Assembly: GCA_963663545.1 (NCBI GenBank)
Contig: OY760505.1
Coordinates: forward strand, 2,773,664-2,837,663
Reading direction: 5' to 3'
From: Candidatus Delongbacteria bacterium
Lineage (GTDB): Bacteria; CAIWAD01
DNA: 64,000 nt
Notes under the pieces: model-generated
Told to the model about the DNA's origin: nothing
Database searches by the model: none
What the model saw: only the letters and a program-made list of their open reading frames with translations
Part shown: piece after piece, positions 1 to 9,035 of the stretch
Numbering within the stretch: the stretch's first letter is position 1
Layout of the letters: every line of letters begins with the position of its first letter
Translations under genes and position numbers: made by a program

Positions 1-1
1 G

Positions 2-307
2 ACCATTTCCACCAAACCCTTTGAGTACATGGCCTGCGGCATGCCTGTGATCATGTCCGACTTCCCTTATTGGCGGCAGACCTTTACGGAGTACGCCGAA
101 TTCGTCAACCCGGCTGATCCGGTTGCGCTGGCGGAGAAGATTGATTTTCTGCTGCAGCATCCGAAATATGCCCGCGATCTGGTCGACAGAGCCAAGAGTT
201 GGATGGAAGCGCACTACTCCTGGGAACGGGAGGAACAGAAGCTGCTGGCCCTCTACCGGCAACTTGAACGCGGCAAGTTGAGCGCGGAAGGTGAGAGTCT
301 TGCCTGA
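2..307 (+). CDS. glycosyltransferase family 1 (GT4-type), C-terminal fragment; 5' end lies outside the window
   Basis: Open frame from window edge to stop at 305-307; translation ...KPFEYMACGMPVIMSDFPYW... resembles the conserved C-terminal region of GT1/GT4 enzymes. Confidence 0.55.
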   Translation, partial: TISTKPFEYMACGMPVIMSDFPYWRQTFTEYAEFVNPADPVALAEKIDFLLQHPKYARDLVDRAKSWMEAHYSWEREEQKLLALYRQLERGKLSAEGESLA

Positions 308-1304
308 GCCCGTCATCTCCCTCATCATCCCGACCTATAACGAGGAAGCCTTCATCGGCCCCTGTCTGGACAGTCTGCTGCGGTGTGATACACCGTATCC
401 GCTGGAAATTCTTGTGTTGGATGGTCGCAGCAATGACCGCACACCAGCTGTTTTGGCTGAATATCAGGCTCGCTATCCGCAGCTTCGCGTGTTGGAAAAC
501 GAAGATCGTGTGCAGGTCAAGGGGCTAAACCAGGGCATTCGCGAGAGTCGCGGACGCATCGTGTTACGCTGTGACGCGCACTGCGAGTACCCGCGAGACT
601 ATATCCGCAGATTGGTGGAAGTGCTTGAACGCGGCGAAGCGGACAACGTCGGTGGCACCATTGAAACGTTGCCTTCTGGCGATTCGCTGCAGGCGCGTGC
701 CATTGCCTGGGCGATGAATCATCCCTTCGGAGTCGGATTGTCCTTTCGCACGCGCAAGCTGGGTAGCGATTCTGTTGAAGTCGACACGGTTCCGTTTGGA
801 GCTTGGTATCGCACGACGCTACAGAAGCTCGAGGGCTTCGACGAGAGTTTTGTGCGCGCTCAGGATCTGGAATTGAACCTGCGCATAAGGCAGAGCGGAG
901 GTCGCGTTCTTCTGCTGCCAACACTGGTGACCCGGTATTTTGCACGCAGTAGTTTGCAGAAGTTGCTGCGCCTCGCTTGGCAGATGGGCTACGCGAAAAT
1001 GCAGGTGGCCTACAAACATGGGCGCGTCGGCAGTCTGCGGCAGCTCTTTCCCCCGCTGCTGGCGTTGGGGCTTCTGCCTGCGCTATTCTGGTGGCCGTTG
1101 GCTTCTGCCTATCAACTCTATCTGGCGATGGCGATGCTGATTGCTTTGTGGGGGGGAATCCGGCTGCACAGCCTGTTGGCCGTGCCGATTGTGTTTGCCG
1201 CCTTCCTGAGCATGCACTTCAGTTACGGTGCTGGCTATCTGCTGGGCTTCGTCGAGTACTTTCTGCTACGGAAGGGGCGCAGTCAGTGGCAGGCGACACG
1301 CTGA
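291..1304 (+). CDS. glycosyltransferase family 2 with C-terminal transmembrane region
   Basis: 337-aa ORF (GTG start); N-terminus IIPTYNEE...LDGRSNDRT...RCDAH typical of GT2 fold; hydrophobic C-terminal helices; overlaps upstream gene by 17 nt. Confidence 0.75.
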   Translation: MRVLPEPVISLIIPTYNEEAFIGPCLDSLLRCDTPYPLEILVLDGRSNDRTPAVLAEYQARYPQLRVLENEDRVQVKGLNQGIRESRGRIVLRCDAHCEYPRDYIRRLVEVLERGEADNVGGTIETLPSGDSLQARAIAWAMNHPFGVGLSFRTRKLGSDSVEVDTVPFGAWYRTTLQKLEGFDESFVRAQDLELNLRIRQSGGRVLLLPTLVTRYFARSSLQKLLRLAWQMGYAKMQVAYKHGRVGSLRQLFPPLLALGLLPALFWWPLASAYQLYLAMAMLIALWGGIRLHSLLAVPIVFAAFLSMHFSYGAGYLLGFVEYFLLRKGRSQWQATR

Positions 1305-1350
1305 TGATGTGATACGGTGTGATTCAACCTGTTGTGTCACAAGGCGACCG

Positions 1351-2346
1351 TCAGGAGCGATTGGCACCCCACAGCCGCTGTTTCAGATCCACCAACGAGC
1401 GCGCCGTGTTACGCATGGTTTCCAGTAGCGGATAGCGTGATACACGCCCCCACGGTACAGCGATTTCCCGGCCACCATATTTGCGCTTGTACTCGCCTGC
1501 ACCACCCATGTCATAGCTGCTGATACCGCGCTCTTTCCAGTAGCGGATGGCAAACCACTGCAAGGCTTCGTTTGGCCGCAGGTTCTGGTCAGCGCGCCAG
1601 CTGGCACCGCCCCAGAAATACATCATCTGGTTGATGCCGGGAAAGATTCCCGTGGCGATACAATTCCCTTCGGGATCGCGTGCCCGCACCAGCAGCAGGT
1701 TTCCCGTGGGCAGCAGGTGTTTGATGAGTGCCGCAACGCGCTCGCGCTTGTAGGTCGGGACCAGCTTCTGCTTGGCAAACACATCCTGGAGCTGGTTGTA
1801 GAAGTCATCCACGAAGGCTTCATCACTGGCGGCCTCGAGGATCACGCCCGACTTCTCGGCCTTGCGAATGCAGCGCCGGCACGCTGAGTTCATCTCGTTG
1901 AAGATTTCATCTTCGCTGCGTTGCAGGTCAATTTCGAATCCGCTGACGAAGCGATAGCGGAACCCCAGGGCGTCGTAGTCGGCGGGTGTCAGGGCGCGAT
2001 CCATCACTTCCAGATGCGCACAGCCTAGTTTGCCGAAAGCGAACTCGGGTAGCGCAGCCAGAGCTTTGCGGCGCTCAACACCTGGTCTCAGATTGAAACC
2101 CATGTAGGCCGTTGTCCAGCCGGGAAGAGGTGAGCCCAGCATGCGCAGCAGGCCGAATTTGCGCAGCATCAATCCGCGAAACTGCCCTACGACCTTCCCG
2201 TGCTCGCGCAGCTCGGCGAAGATCGGTTCGGCGCCCTGTGTCTCTTGCACGAAGTTCAACCAGGCCTGTGTCTGGCAGATGTAGTGGTCGTCGAATTCCT
2301 CGACCGGACAAAGGTTTTCAGCGGCTACGCGGTGCATCTCAATCAT
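1351..2346 (-). CDS. FemAB-like / GNAT-superfamily acyltransferase
   Basis: 331-aa ORF; length and sequence pattern resemble FemAB/BioF2-like acetyltransferases common in exopolysaccharide loci; assignment by eye only. Confidence 0.45.
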   Translation of the reverse strand: MIEMHRVAAENLCPVEEFDDHYICQTQAWLNFVQETQGAEPIFAELREHGKVVGQFRGLMLRKFGLLRMLGSPLPGWTTAYMGFNLRPGVERRKALAALPEFAFGKLGCAHLEVMDRALTPADYDALGFRYRFVSGFEIDLQRSEDEIFNEMNSACRRCIRKAEKSGVILEAASDEAFVDDFYNQLQDVFAKQKLVPTYKRERVAALIKHLLPTGNLLLVRARDPEGNCIATGIFPGINQMMYFWGGASWRADQNLRPNEALQWFAIRYWKERGISSYDMGGAGEYKRKYGGREIAVPWGRVSRYPLLETMRNTARSLVDLKQRLWGANRS

Positions 2347-2450
2347 AAACGCGCTCGGTCTGTTCTCTCAATTCTCTGGTATCTGTGATACAGCCATCAG
2401 TGTGCATCGCAGGATCGATTGTGGTGATGAAAGGTGATACGTGGCCATGT

Positions 2451-3401
2451 TTACGATGTACCACGTGTGGCGAACTTGTTTGCAAACCACTGCCATTCCA
2501 GGCGTGTGCGCTCAATCGTTGTGATACAATGTTCACCGCGCTGCTCGCGGATATAGTCAAGCAGTGTAGAGACAGGCACAAACCAGCCGTCGCGGGCGGC
2601 AAGATCCTCCATCAGCCCTTGGAAACGTGCGTCAAGTCTACCTTGTGATACAAAGCCAGGTGCACCCAGATGAGCATACATGATGCACGCGCCGCCTTCA
2701 TTCTCGAGGCGTAGCTGATTCTCTTCGGAGACTGTGCGACAGAAGGAGTCCAGTGTACCGCCTTCTGCCGAGGCGAACCACTGCTTGACCAAAGGACGCA
2801 GAGTATCGTGATACGGCATCTGAGGGCAACACTTGAGCGTGTTGATGTCCTTGAAGACGAAATTGCGCACGTACTCAATGTGCTGCTCGCACAAGTCACC
2901 CCAGAAGTACTCGCTACCCCGCACCTCTCCCTGGAAACGATGGAGTTTGCGAAAGCGCGTTGCCAGCGTGTAGGCCAGACGGAAGAGCCCGCTTACGCGC
3001 TTGTGTCCCCAGTACAGGCAGTCGCGGCAATCGGAATGGTTCACTTGAATGCGGGGGAAGCTGCCGTAGATGCTGAAGTAGGTATCAAGCCCGGCCACGA
3101 TCTGGGCACGCGGCGAATTGTTGTAGGTCACATTGTGTAGCGCAATTTCGAAGCCGTCCTGCTGCAGACCGCGCGTCCATTCGCGATACTCAGCTTCCTC
3201 GCAAGTCGAGCCCCCCACCTTGGCTTCGCCGACACCCTTGATGGGCCAGACGGATTTGCTTGTCCGCATGCCCAGCGATTTGAGGAAGTCGTAGATCACG
3301 GGCCCATTCTCCATGGTGGTGTGGTCCGTGTCATCGAAAATGGTGAAGGCGAACTTCTTCCCTTCGGGCCAGCGTAGACGAGGTTTGCTTTGCGTTGACA
3401 T
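2451..3401 (-). CDS. conserved hypothetical protein, possibly polysaccharide deacetylase-like
   Basis: 316-aa ORF with N-terminal FAFTIFDDTDH block reminiscent of deacetylase/hydrolase motifs; no confident family assignment. Confidence 0.35.
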   Translation of the reverse strand: MSTQSKPRLRWPEGKKFAFTIFDDTDHTTMENGPVIYDFLKSLGMRTSKSVWPIKGVGEAKVGGSTCEEAEYREWTRGLQQDGFEIALHNVTYNNSPRAQIVAGLDTYFSIYGSFPRIQVNHSDCRDCLYWGHKRVSGLFRLAYTLATRFRKLHRFQGEVRGSEYFWGDLCEQHIEYVRNFVFKDINTLKCCPQMPYHDTLRPLVKQWFASAEGGTLDSFCRTVSEENQLRLENEGGACIMYAHLGAPGFVSQGRLDARFQGLMEDLAARDGWFVPVSTLLDYIREQRGEHCITTIERTRLEWQWFANKFATRGTS

Positions 3402-3482
3402 GCGGAAAAGTTCGGGATATCACCGCTCTTCGGCAAATCCCCTCGCGTATCAGCACGGCAGCAGTGGGCGCCTCCTACCGCT

Positions 3483-3514
3483 AAAAACGAGAAAAGCCCC
3501 GCGATTTGCGAGGC
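3483..3514 (-). terminator. rho-independent terminator downstream of tRNA-Asn
   Basis: Minus-strand hairpin gcctcgc-aaat-cgcggggc (plus 3496-3514) followed by T-run (plus-strand A-run 3483-3495). Confidence 0.6.
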
Positions 3515-3522
3515 TTCCTTAG

Positions 3523-3595
3523 CTCCTGAGGAGGGACTTGAACCCCCAACCTAGTGGTTAACAGCCACCCGCTCTACCGATTGAGCTACTCAGGA
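3523..3595 (-). tRNA. tRNA-Asn (anticodon GTT)
   Basis: Cloverleaf folded by hand on minus strand: 7-bp acceptor stem tcctgag/ctcagga, D-arm gctc/gagc, anticodon stem ggtgg/ccact with loop ctGTTaa, T-arm ggggg-ttcaagt-ccctc; CCA not encoded. Confidence 0.85.
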
Positions 3596-3796
3596 CTGAA
3601 TCACCGTTTGGCGATAGGACGGCCAATATATAGGGCAACCAGCAAAGTGTCAAGCTATGCGAAGTCATTTTCTTTGGCCTACATGCCTTGCAAGCCGAGC
3701 CCGATGGAGCTGCGCGCGTCTGCTGCGCAGATGCTGTCGATCCCTGCTGCAAACCTTACCTTTGGTTCTTTGGTGGAAGACGAACCGGAGGGCGCC

Positions 3797-4411
3797 ATGA
3801 GCGAGGCGAGTTACCGTTGGATCCAGGAGGGGGACCAGAAACAGGTTGTCGATCTGCTGATGCAAGTCAGACCAGGACTTGCTGGCATGTCGAGTCGACC
3901 CGTCTATCGTGCTTTTACTCACGATGCCCTCAAGTACGACAACACCTTTATCATCGTTGCGCTTTGGGGTGAGAAAATCGTCGGTTACGGAATCGCCGTT
4001 CGCGGCTGGGCCGAGTTCAAGCGCCTGTTCATCAAGCGGCACCCATTTGTATCCCTGCTTTCGATCCCGGCACGCATTCTGCGAACCTTCAGGTACATGC
4101 GCGCTGGCAAACCGCAGCCGAAGCAGATCCCCGAGGGAATTCAGGAGCGGGTGAAGGGGTATTCCTGGAATGACAGTGATCCCTCCATTACCAAGTTGCT
4201 GCACGTTGGCGTGGACAAGGACTATCGCTCCCACGGGCTGGGTACCGAACTCTACGCAGAGTTCTTTAGCCATTTGGCCAAGGAGGGCTTCCGTCGGGCG
4301 GACGGCTGTGTCAACCCTGAAAACTTGCCCTCAATTCGGATGGTGGAGAAAAACGGCTGGACCTTTACGCGCGACGGTGACCGCTACTTCATCTTCAAGG
4401 AATTCGAATGA
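3797..4411 (+). CDS. GNAT family N-acetyltransferase
   Basis: ORF trimmed from track start 3554 (which overlaps the tRNA) to ATG 3797 preceded by ggaggg; GNAT-like core IVGYGIA...HVGVDKDYRSHGLGTELY; start uncertain. Confidence 0.55.
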   Translation: MSEASYRWIQEGDQKQVVDLLMQVRPGLAGMSSRPVYRAFTHDALKYDNTFIIVALWGEKIVGYGIAVRGWAEFKRLFIKRHPFVSLLSIPARILRTFRYMRAGKPQPKQIPEGIQERVKGYSWNDSDPSITKLLHVGVDKDYRSHGLGTELYAEFFSHLAKEGFRRADGCVNPENLPSIRMVEKNGWTFTRDGDRYFIFKEFE

Positions 4412-4570
4412 AACAGCCGATGCGGCTGATCGGAGCTGGTGCCTCTCTCCGCTGAGTGAGAGTAGCCGGACCTTTGTGTCACGTGATTGCCTTCCGCCCC
4501 TTGATGACCGCTCCGCATGAGTACTTCCTGACATCTGCGCCTGAGTTTCCAGTAAGTGAAAGGCCCCTGC

Positions 4571-5854
4571 ATGGAGATCGGTATCCTTGTAACACACGGC
4601 ACAGATACATTGGCCTGGACTCTGCCCTACATCCGTTACGCGTTAAAGAACTTCCCTTGGAATGTTTGTCTCACGGGAAGTCAGGCACCGATGGAAAGCG
4701 CCTTCGCGCGCAGTGACGGTTACCAGAACATTCACGGAGCCGTGCGCTTCATGTCGGTGCTTGATCCACCCAACGTCTTCTGCGTGTTCAACAACGGCCT
4801 GAACGCTTACAGCGATTCGCTTGCCAAGCTCGAACGCTGGCGCCTGGATGCTTTTACCGGCGATCCCATTGCCACTATGGAGTGGGACGAGATTCAGCAT
4901 CGCTCTGGTGACGCGCGACTGCGCGAGCCCATTCGCTTTGACGAGCTGCACCTGATTACCACTGGTGGAACGATTGAGAGCGAGGCTGGCGAAGATGGCC
5001 TTACGCCCGGCAGTGGCAAGGTGGAGGAGTTTCTCAAACTGACCTTGGCCGATTCCTTTGAGAACGTCTTTGTGCATCGAATCGCCCGTGTTGATTCGGC
5101 GGAACTGGATGTATCACACATGGAGCGTTTTGCGCGCGCCATTTTCGATTGTGGCACCGGGCGCTGTCCGAGCGAATCGATTCGTCCTGATGCCGACGCG
5201 GATGCCGTGAATGTGACCTATGGCCAGCGCGGTGAGCTGCGGCAATCGTGGGAAGATGGACAGCAGCCGGCAAGTCTGGATCTGTCCTTTGCTCGTCACG
5301 TACCCCTTGTTTACTGTGACCCGTTTCGTAGCGCGTCAAGTTACCGGCGTGAAGTATACGCGGCCAAGGCTGTTGTTTTGGCTGGTTATGGTGGCGGCAA
5401 TGCGAACGCCAACCCCGATCTGCCTGGAAGCGTGATACCGGCACTGATGGATGCGGTGGAGAAGGACTGCCTTTTTGTGCTTAGCAGCCAAGTGCCCATC
5501 GGACCCGTGGACTTTGTCTACGAAACCGCCACCAAGTTGATTCGGCGTGGCGCGCTTTCAGGAGTGGATTTGAGTCTTCCTGAGTGTCAAGTGCGGCTGA
5601 TGTATCTGCTTGGACATGAAGAACAGATTGAAGGCATGGCTGAGCGTCTGCAGATTGAGCCGCTTCTGCTGAAGAAGGCGCTATTCATGTCGGGGATGAA
5701 GTTCCGTAACCGGGCTTCCAAGATGAGTTTTCGCATGCTCAGCGGTGATACATTTCCGCTAATCAGGGAAGACTTGCTGGTGGGACCGGCATTCGAGCAG
5801 TGCGAGGAAATCCTGAAGCGTGCTTTTTACGGTGATACAATCAGCTTGATCTGA
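4571..5854 (+). CDS. L-asparaginase family protein with atypical (apparently permuted) motif order
   Basis: ILVTHGTDT...LTGSQ...SDG.N block at the N-terminus, TTGGTIES block around residue 136, C-domain VVLAGYGGGNAN; start taken at ATG 4571 (track start GTG 4556). Confidence 0.6.
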   Translation: MEIGILVTHGTDTLAWTLPYIRYALKNFPWNVCLTGSQAPMESAFARSDGYQNIHGAVRFMSVLDPPNVFCVFNNGLNAYSDSLAKLERWRLDAFTGDPIATMEWDEIQHRSGDARLREPIRFDELHLITTGGTIESEAGEDGLTPGSGKVEEFLKLTLADSFENVFVHRIARVDSAELDVSHMERFARAIFDCGTGRCPSESIRPDADADAVNVTYGQRGELRQSWEDGQQPASLDLSFARHVPLVYCDPFRSASSYRREVYAAKAVVLAGYGGGNANANPDLPGSVIPALMDAVEKDCLFVLSSQVPIGPVDFVYETATKLIRRGALSGVDLSLPECQVRLMYLLGHEEQIEGMAERLQIEPLLLKKALFMSGMKFRNRASKMSFRMLSGDTFPLIREDLLVGPAFEQCEEILKRAFYGDTISLI

Positions 5855-5907
5855 GGCCGCGTGACCGTTCACTACATTGGCTAGCCGAAAACCGATTGGA
5901 ATGAGTA

Positions 5908-7089
5908 ATGCAGGACTTCGTTTTTCACAATCCCACACGAATCATCTTTGGCGATGGCGTAGTGGACCAGGTGGGCGAGCAGTGTGCGCGATTCGGCAAG
6001 AAGGCGCTGATTCTGGCGGGACAGGGAAGCGCACGCAGGTGCGGACTACTGGATCGAGTTGAGCAGCGCTTGAGTGATGCTGGCGTGGACTATGTGACAC
6101 TCGAGGGAGTGCAACCCAATCCACGCTTGTCACACGCACGCGAGGCGGTTGCCCTGGCCAAGCGGGAAGGTGTTGATCTGCTGTTGGCCGTTGGCGGCGG
6201 CAGCGTAATCGATGAGGCCAAGGCGGTCTGCAGTGGCGCGCTGGTGGATCACGACGTCTGGGAATTCTACAAAGGAAGACTACCCGAGCGCTCGCTTCCA
6301 TTGCTGACGGTGCTTACGCTGGCAGCCACGGGTAGCGAGATGAACGGCGGCAGCATTCTTAGTAATGCAGAGACGAAAGAGAAGCTGCCTTTCCGGAATC
6401 CACTCTCCTTTCCCCGTGTTTCCATTCTGGAGCCGGCTCTGACGCTCAGTGTATCACACTGGCAGACTTCCTGCGGTATCAGTGACGCCTTCGCGCATCT
6501 GATGGAAGTGTATTGTAACTCACCCGATCCGCGCCCTCTCCTTCAATTGGAACTGATCGAGGGTCTGGTTCGCACGATTCGCGATTGCGCCGAAAGGCTG
6601 ATGCAGAATCTGCGAGACCTGGATGCGCGACGCGAATTCATGTGGGCGGCTACTTTGGCGCTCAACGGGTTGACGGCGGCTGGTTCAGGTGCGACGCCCT
6701 GGCCTTTGCACATGATGGAACACGCCCTTTCGGGGATCACCGATGTGAGTCACGGCGCCGGTTTGTCGGCGCTGTATCCGGGCTGGATGCGATGGCGCCT
6801 GCAGAACAATGGCGAAAGGCTGGAACAGCGTCTGGCACGTCTAGGACGTAATTGCTTCTGTATCACAGAATCGAATGACGCGCTTGCCGCCCTGCGGTGT
6901 ATCACGGAAATTGAAGATTGGTATCGCATTTTGGGCGTGCCAGCCAACTTGGATGAGGCAGGGATTCCCCGTGAACAGGATACCGAGGTGATACAAGCTG
7001 CCGCTCGGGACGCCGTAGACTGGGGATTGAAAGAGTATTCCGCGCAGGTGTTGACGGCGATCTTTGCTGCGGCGCGTGCAAGCGAGTGA
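5908..7089 (+). CDS. iron-containing alcohol dehydrogenase
   Basis: 393-aa ORF; GDGVVDQVG...LLLAVGGGSVIDEAKAV and overall length typical of Fe-ADH family. Confidence 0.85.
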   Translation: MQDFVFHNPTRIIFGDGVVDQVGEQCARFGKKALILAGQGSARRCGLLDRVEQRLSDAGVDYVTLEGVQPNPRLSHAREAVALAKREGVDLLLAVGGGSVIDEAKAVCSGALVDHDVWEFYKGRLPERSLPLLTVLTLAATGSEMNGGSILSNAETKEKLPFRNPLSFPRVSILEPALTLSVSHWQTSCGISDAFAHLMEVYCNSPDPRPLLQLELIEGLVRTIRDCAERLMQNLRDLDARREFMWAATLALNGLTAAGSGATPWPLHMMEHALSGITDVSHGAGLSALYPGWMRWRLQNNGERLEQRLARLGRNCFCITESNDALAALRCITEIEDWYRILGVPANLDEAGIPREQDTEVIQAAARDAVDWGLKEYSAQVLTAIFAAARASE

Positions 7090-7105
7090 ATTGATTGGAG
7101 TCGTT

Positions 7106-8170
7106 ATGAACAACATACAACGAGACACGCAACCCCCCGTACCGGCAGGTGGCGAACCGGAACGCAAACCCGTAATCCTCTCGGGTATTCAGCCTTCGGG
7201 GCAGTTGATGATTGGACACTATTTCGGTGCCCTGCGCAACTGGGTGGAGATGCAGCAGAATCACGACTGTTACTACATGCTCGTGGACCTGCATGCCATC
7301 ACCGTCTATCAGAAACCGGCGGATCTGCGCAAGCGCTGCCTGGAGTTCATTGCGCTCTACATAGCGGCGGGTTTGGATCCTGAGCAGAACACGGTTTTCA
7401 TCCAGAGCCACGTGCCGCAGCACGCCGAACTAGCCTGGGTACTGAATTGTATCACGCCGCTTGGACAGCTGCAGCGGATGACACAGTTCAAGGACAAGGC
7501 ACGCAAGAACGCCAAGAACCTGAACGCTGGTTTGCTCAATTACCCCGTTCTGATGGCGGCGGATATTCTGCTCTACAACGCCGACAAGGTGCCGGTAGGC
7601 GAAGACCAGAAGCAGCATTTGGAGCTGGCGCGTGACGTGGCGCAGCGCTTCAACAGTATCTACAGCCCTACATTTACAGTGCCGGAACCCTTCATTCCCA
7701 GCCGCAAAATGGGTGCTCGCATCATGAGTCTGCAGGACCCGACCAGTAAGATGTCCAAGTCAGATCCGGATCCCAACGCCTCCATCAGCCTGCTAGACCC
7801 ACCCGATGTGATACAAGCCAAATTCCGTCGCGCGGTGACCGATTCCGAAGCTTCCGTCGGCTATGATATGGAACAGCGTCCGGGCATCAGCAATTTGATG
7901 ACGATTTTCAAGTTGGTCACGGGTATGGAATTCGAAGAGCAGGAAGCGCGCTTTGCTGGTCAGGGCTATGGGCCTTTCAAAAAAGAGCTGGCCGACGCGG
8001 TGGTTGCCTATTTGGCACCCATGCAAGAGCGCTATAAGCAGGTGGTCGGTGACAAGACTTACCTGGCCGATGTGCTGAACCGCGGAGCAGAGCAGGCGCG
8101 CCGACGGGCGCAGCGCGTGCTATCCAAGGTATACCGCAAGGTTGGCTTCATAGAGGCGGGCAGGCCCTAG
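7106..8170 (+). CDS. trpS: tryptophan--tRNA ligase
   Basis: Class I aaRS motifs: SGIQPSGQLMIGHY (HIGH-like) and KMSKSDP; ATG 7106 preceded by ggag; track start 7064 would overlap the ADH gene. Confidence 0.9.
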   Translation: MNNIQRDTQPPVPAGGEPERKPVILSGIQPSGQLMIGHYFGALRNWVEMQQNHDCYYMLVDLHAITVYQKPADLRKRCLEFIALYIAAGLDPEQNTVFIQSHVPQHAELAWVLNCITPLGQLQRMTQFKDKARKNAKNLNAGLLNYPVLMAADILLYNADKVPVGEDQKQHLELARDVAQRFNSIYSPTFTVPEPFIPSRKMGARIMSLQDPTSKMSKSDPDPNASISLLDPPDVIQAKFRRAVTDSEASVGYDMEQRPGISNLMTIFKLVTGMEFEEQEARFAGQGYGPFKKELADAVVAYLAPMQERYKQVVGDKTYLADVLNRGAEQARRRAQRVLSKVYRKVGFIEAGRP

Positions 8171-8196
8171 CCGTGAACCGCATTCTGTGCTGACGA

Positions 8197-8784
8197 CTAT
8201 TGCCCTTGCGTTTGAACCAGGAGCAGGATGGCCTTTTGCGCCTGCTCCTCGGCGTGGCGGCGTTTTTCCTCATCCAAGTGCTCTTCGGCACAGTGGTGAA
8301 TGATCTGTCGCACACCGCCAAAGACGAAGTAGCGCAGAATGGCCGGATCCAGTTCGCTTTCTCCCAAGGCCAAACGCAACATGTCTCGCAGAATGTCCAT
8401 GAAGCGTGAGTACAACTCGCCAAGGTCCTCTTCCCAGCGATGCATCCAGAAGCTTTGCTCGTTCACAAAAACGCGCGCCAGGTTGGAATCGCTGTTGAAG
8501 GTCTCAAAGACCGCAGGAATCATCTTGTGCATACGCGAGGAGGCGTCCAGGCTTTCATCTTCTGCAATTTCAGTCAGATGCCCCAGGATGCTGCCCCACA
8601 TTTCACGAAAGACGGTGCGAAGGATGTCGTCTTTGTGCTCGAAGTAATTGTAAACACTACCCGTTGCCACACCTGCCACCTGAGCAATGCGTGCAACTTT
8701 TGCTGCTGAGTAGCCTTCTTCGGCAAACACCTGAACCGCTGCACGCAAGATGGCCGTGCGCTTGTCACCCGACTTCCGTCGCAT
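8197..8784 (-). CDS. TetR/AcrR family transcriptional regulator
   Basis: 195-aa ORF; N-terminal HTH KRTAILRAAVQVFAEEGYSAAKVARIAQVAGVATGSVYNYFEHKDDIL. Confidence 0.85.
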   Translation of the reverse strand: MRRKSGDKRTAILRAAVQVFAEEGYSAAKVARIAQVAGVATGSVYNYFEHKDDILRTVFREMWGSILGHLTEIAEDESLDASSRMHKMIPAVFETFNSDSNLARVFVNEQSFWMHRWEEDLGELYSRFMDILRDMLRLALGESELDPAILRYFVFGGVRQIIHHCAEEHLDEEKRRHAEEQAQKAILLLVQTQGQ

Positions 8785-9035
8785 TGCACTCTCCTATGAA
8801 TCTGGATTCAATCTGAAAAAGCTTTGAATACCTCGCAAGCATGTGCGAACAGGCTGGACTCCAGAATCATGAATCCCTCTGCCTCGAAAGTAGTGAATAG
8901 AATTCAGCAAATCACAAGTCGACTCCTCTAGATTCATCTGTGATCCAAATCAAGTTCCGTCTCCATCCGGTTTCCTAACTTAACCGGCTAGAATGCTGCG
9001 TATCTCGGCATCTACAAAGCAGGACGGGAAAAGAC
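8785..9035. promoter_or_regulatory. divergent intergenic region with inverted repeats (candidate TetR operators)
   Basis: GAATC-tg-GATTC at ~8796-8807 adjacent to TetR start, ccggtt-N9-aaccgg further downstream, and repeated gaatc/gattc elements. Confidence 0.3.

Noticed and set aside
517-945. 142-aa minus-strand ORF (and several other 60-140 aa ORFs) inside the GT2 gene
   Set aside because: Antisense shadow ORFs typical of GC-rich DNA; low-complexity Arg/Ala/Pro-rich translations, fully overlapped by a longer ORF with a recognisable fold.
3554-3796. N-terminal extension of the GNAT ORF as given in the ORF track
   Set aside because: Would overlap tRNA-Asn (3523-3595) on the opposite strand; an internal ATG at 3797 has a good RBS.
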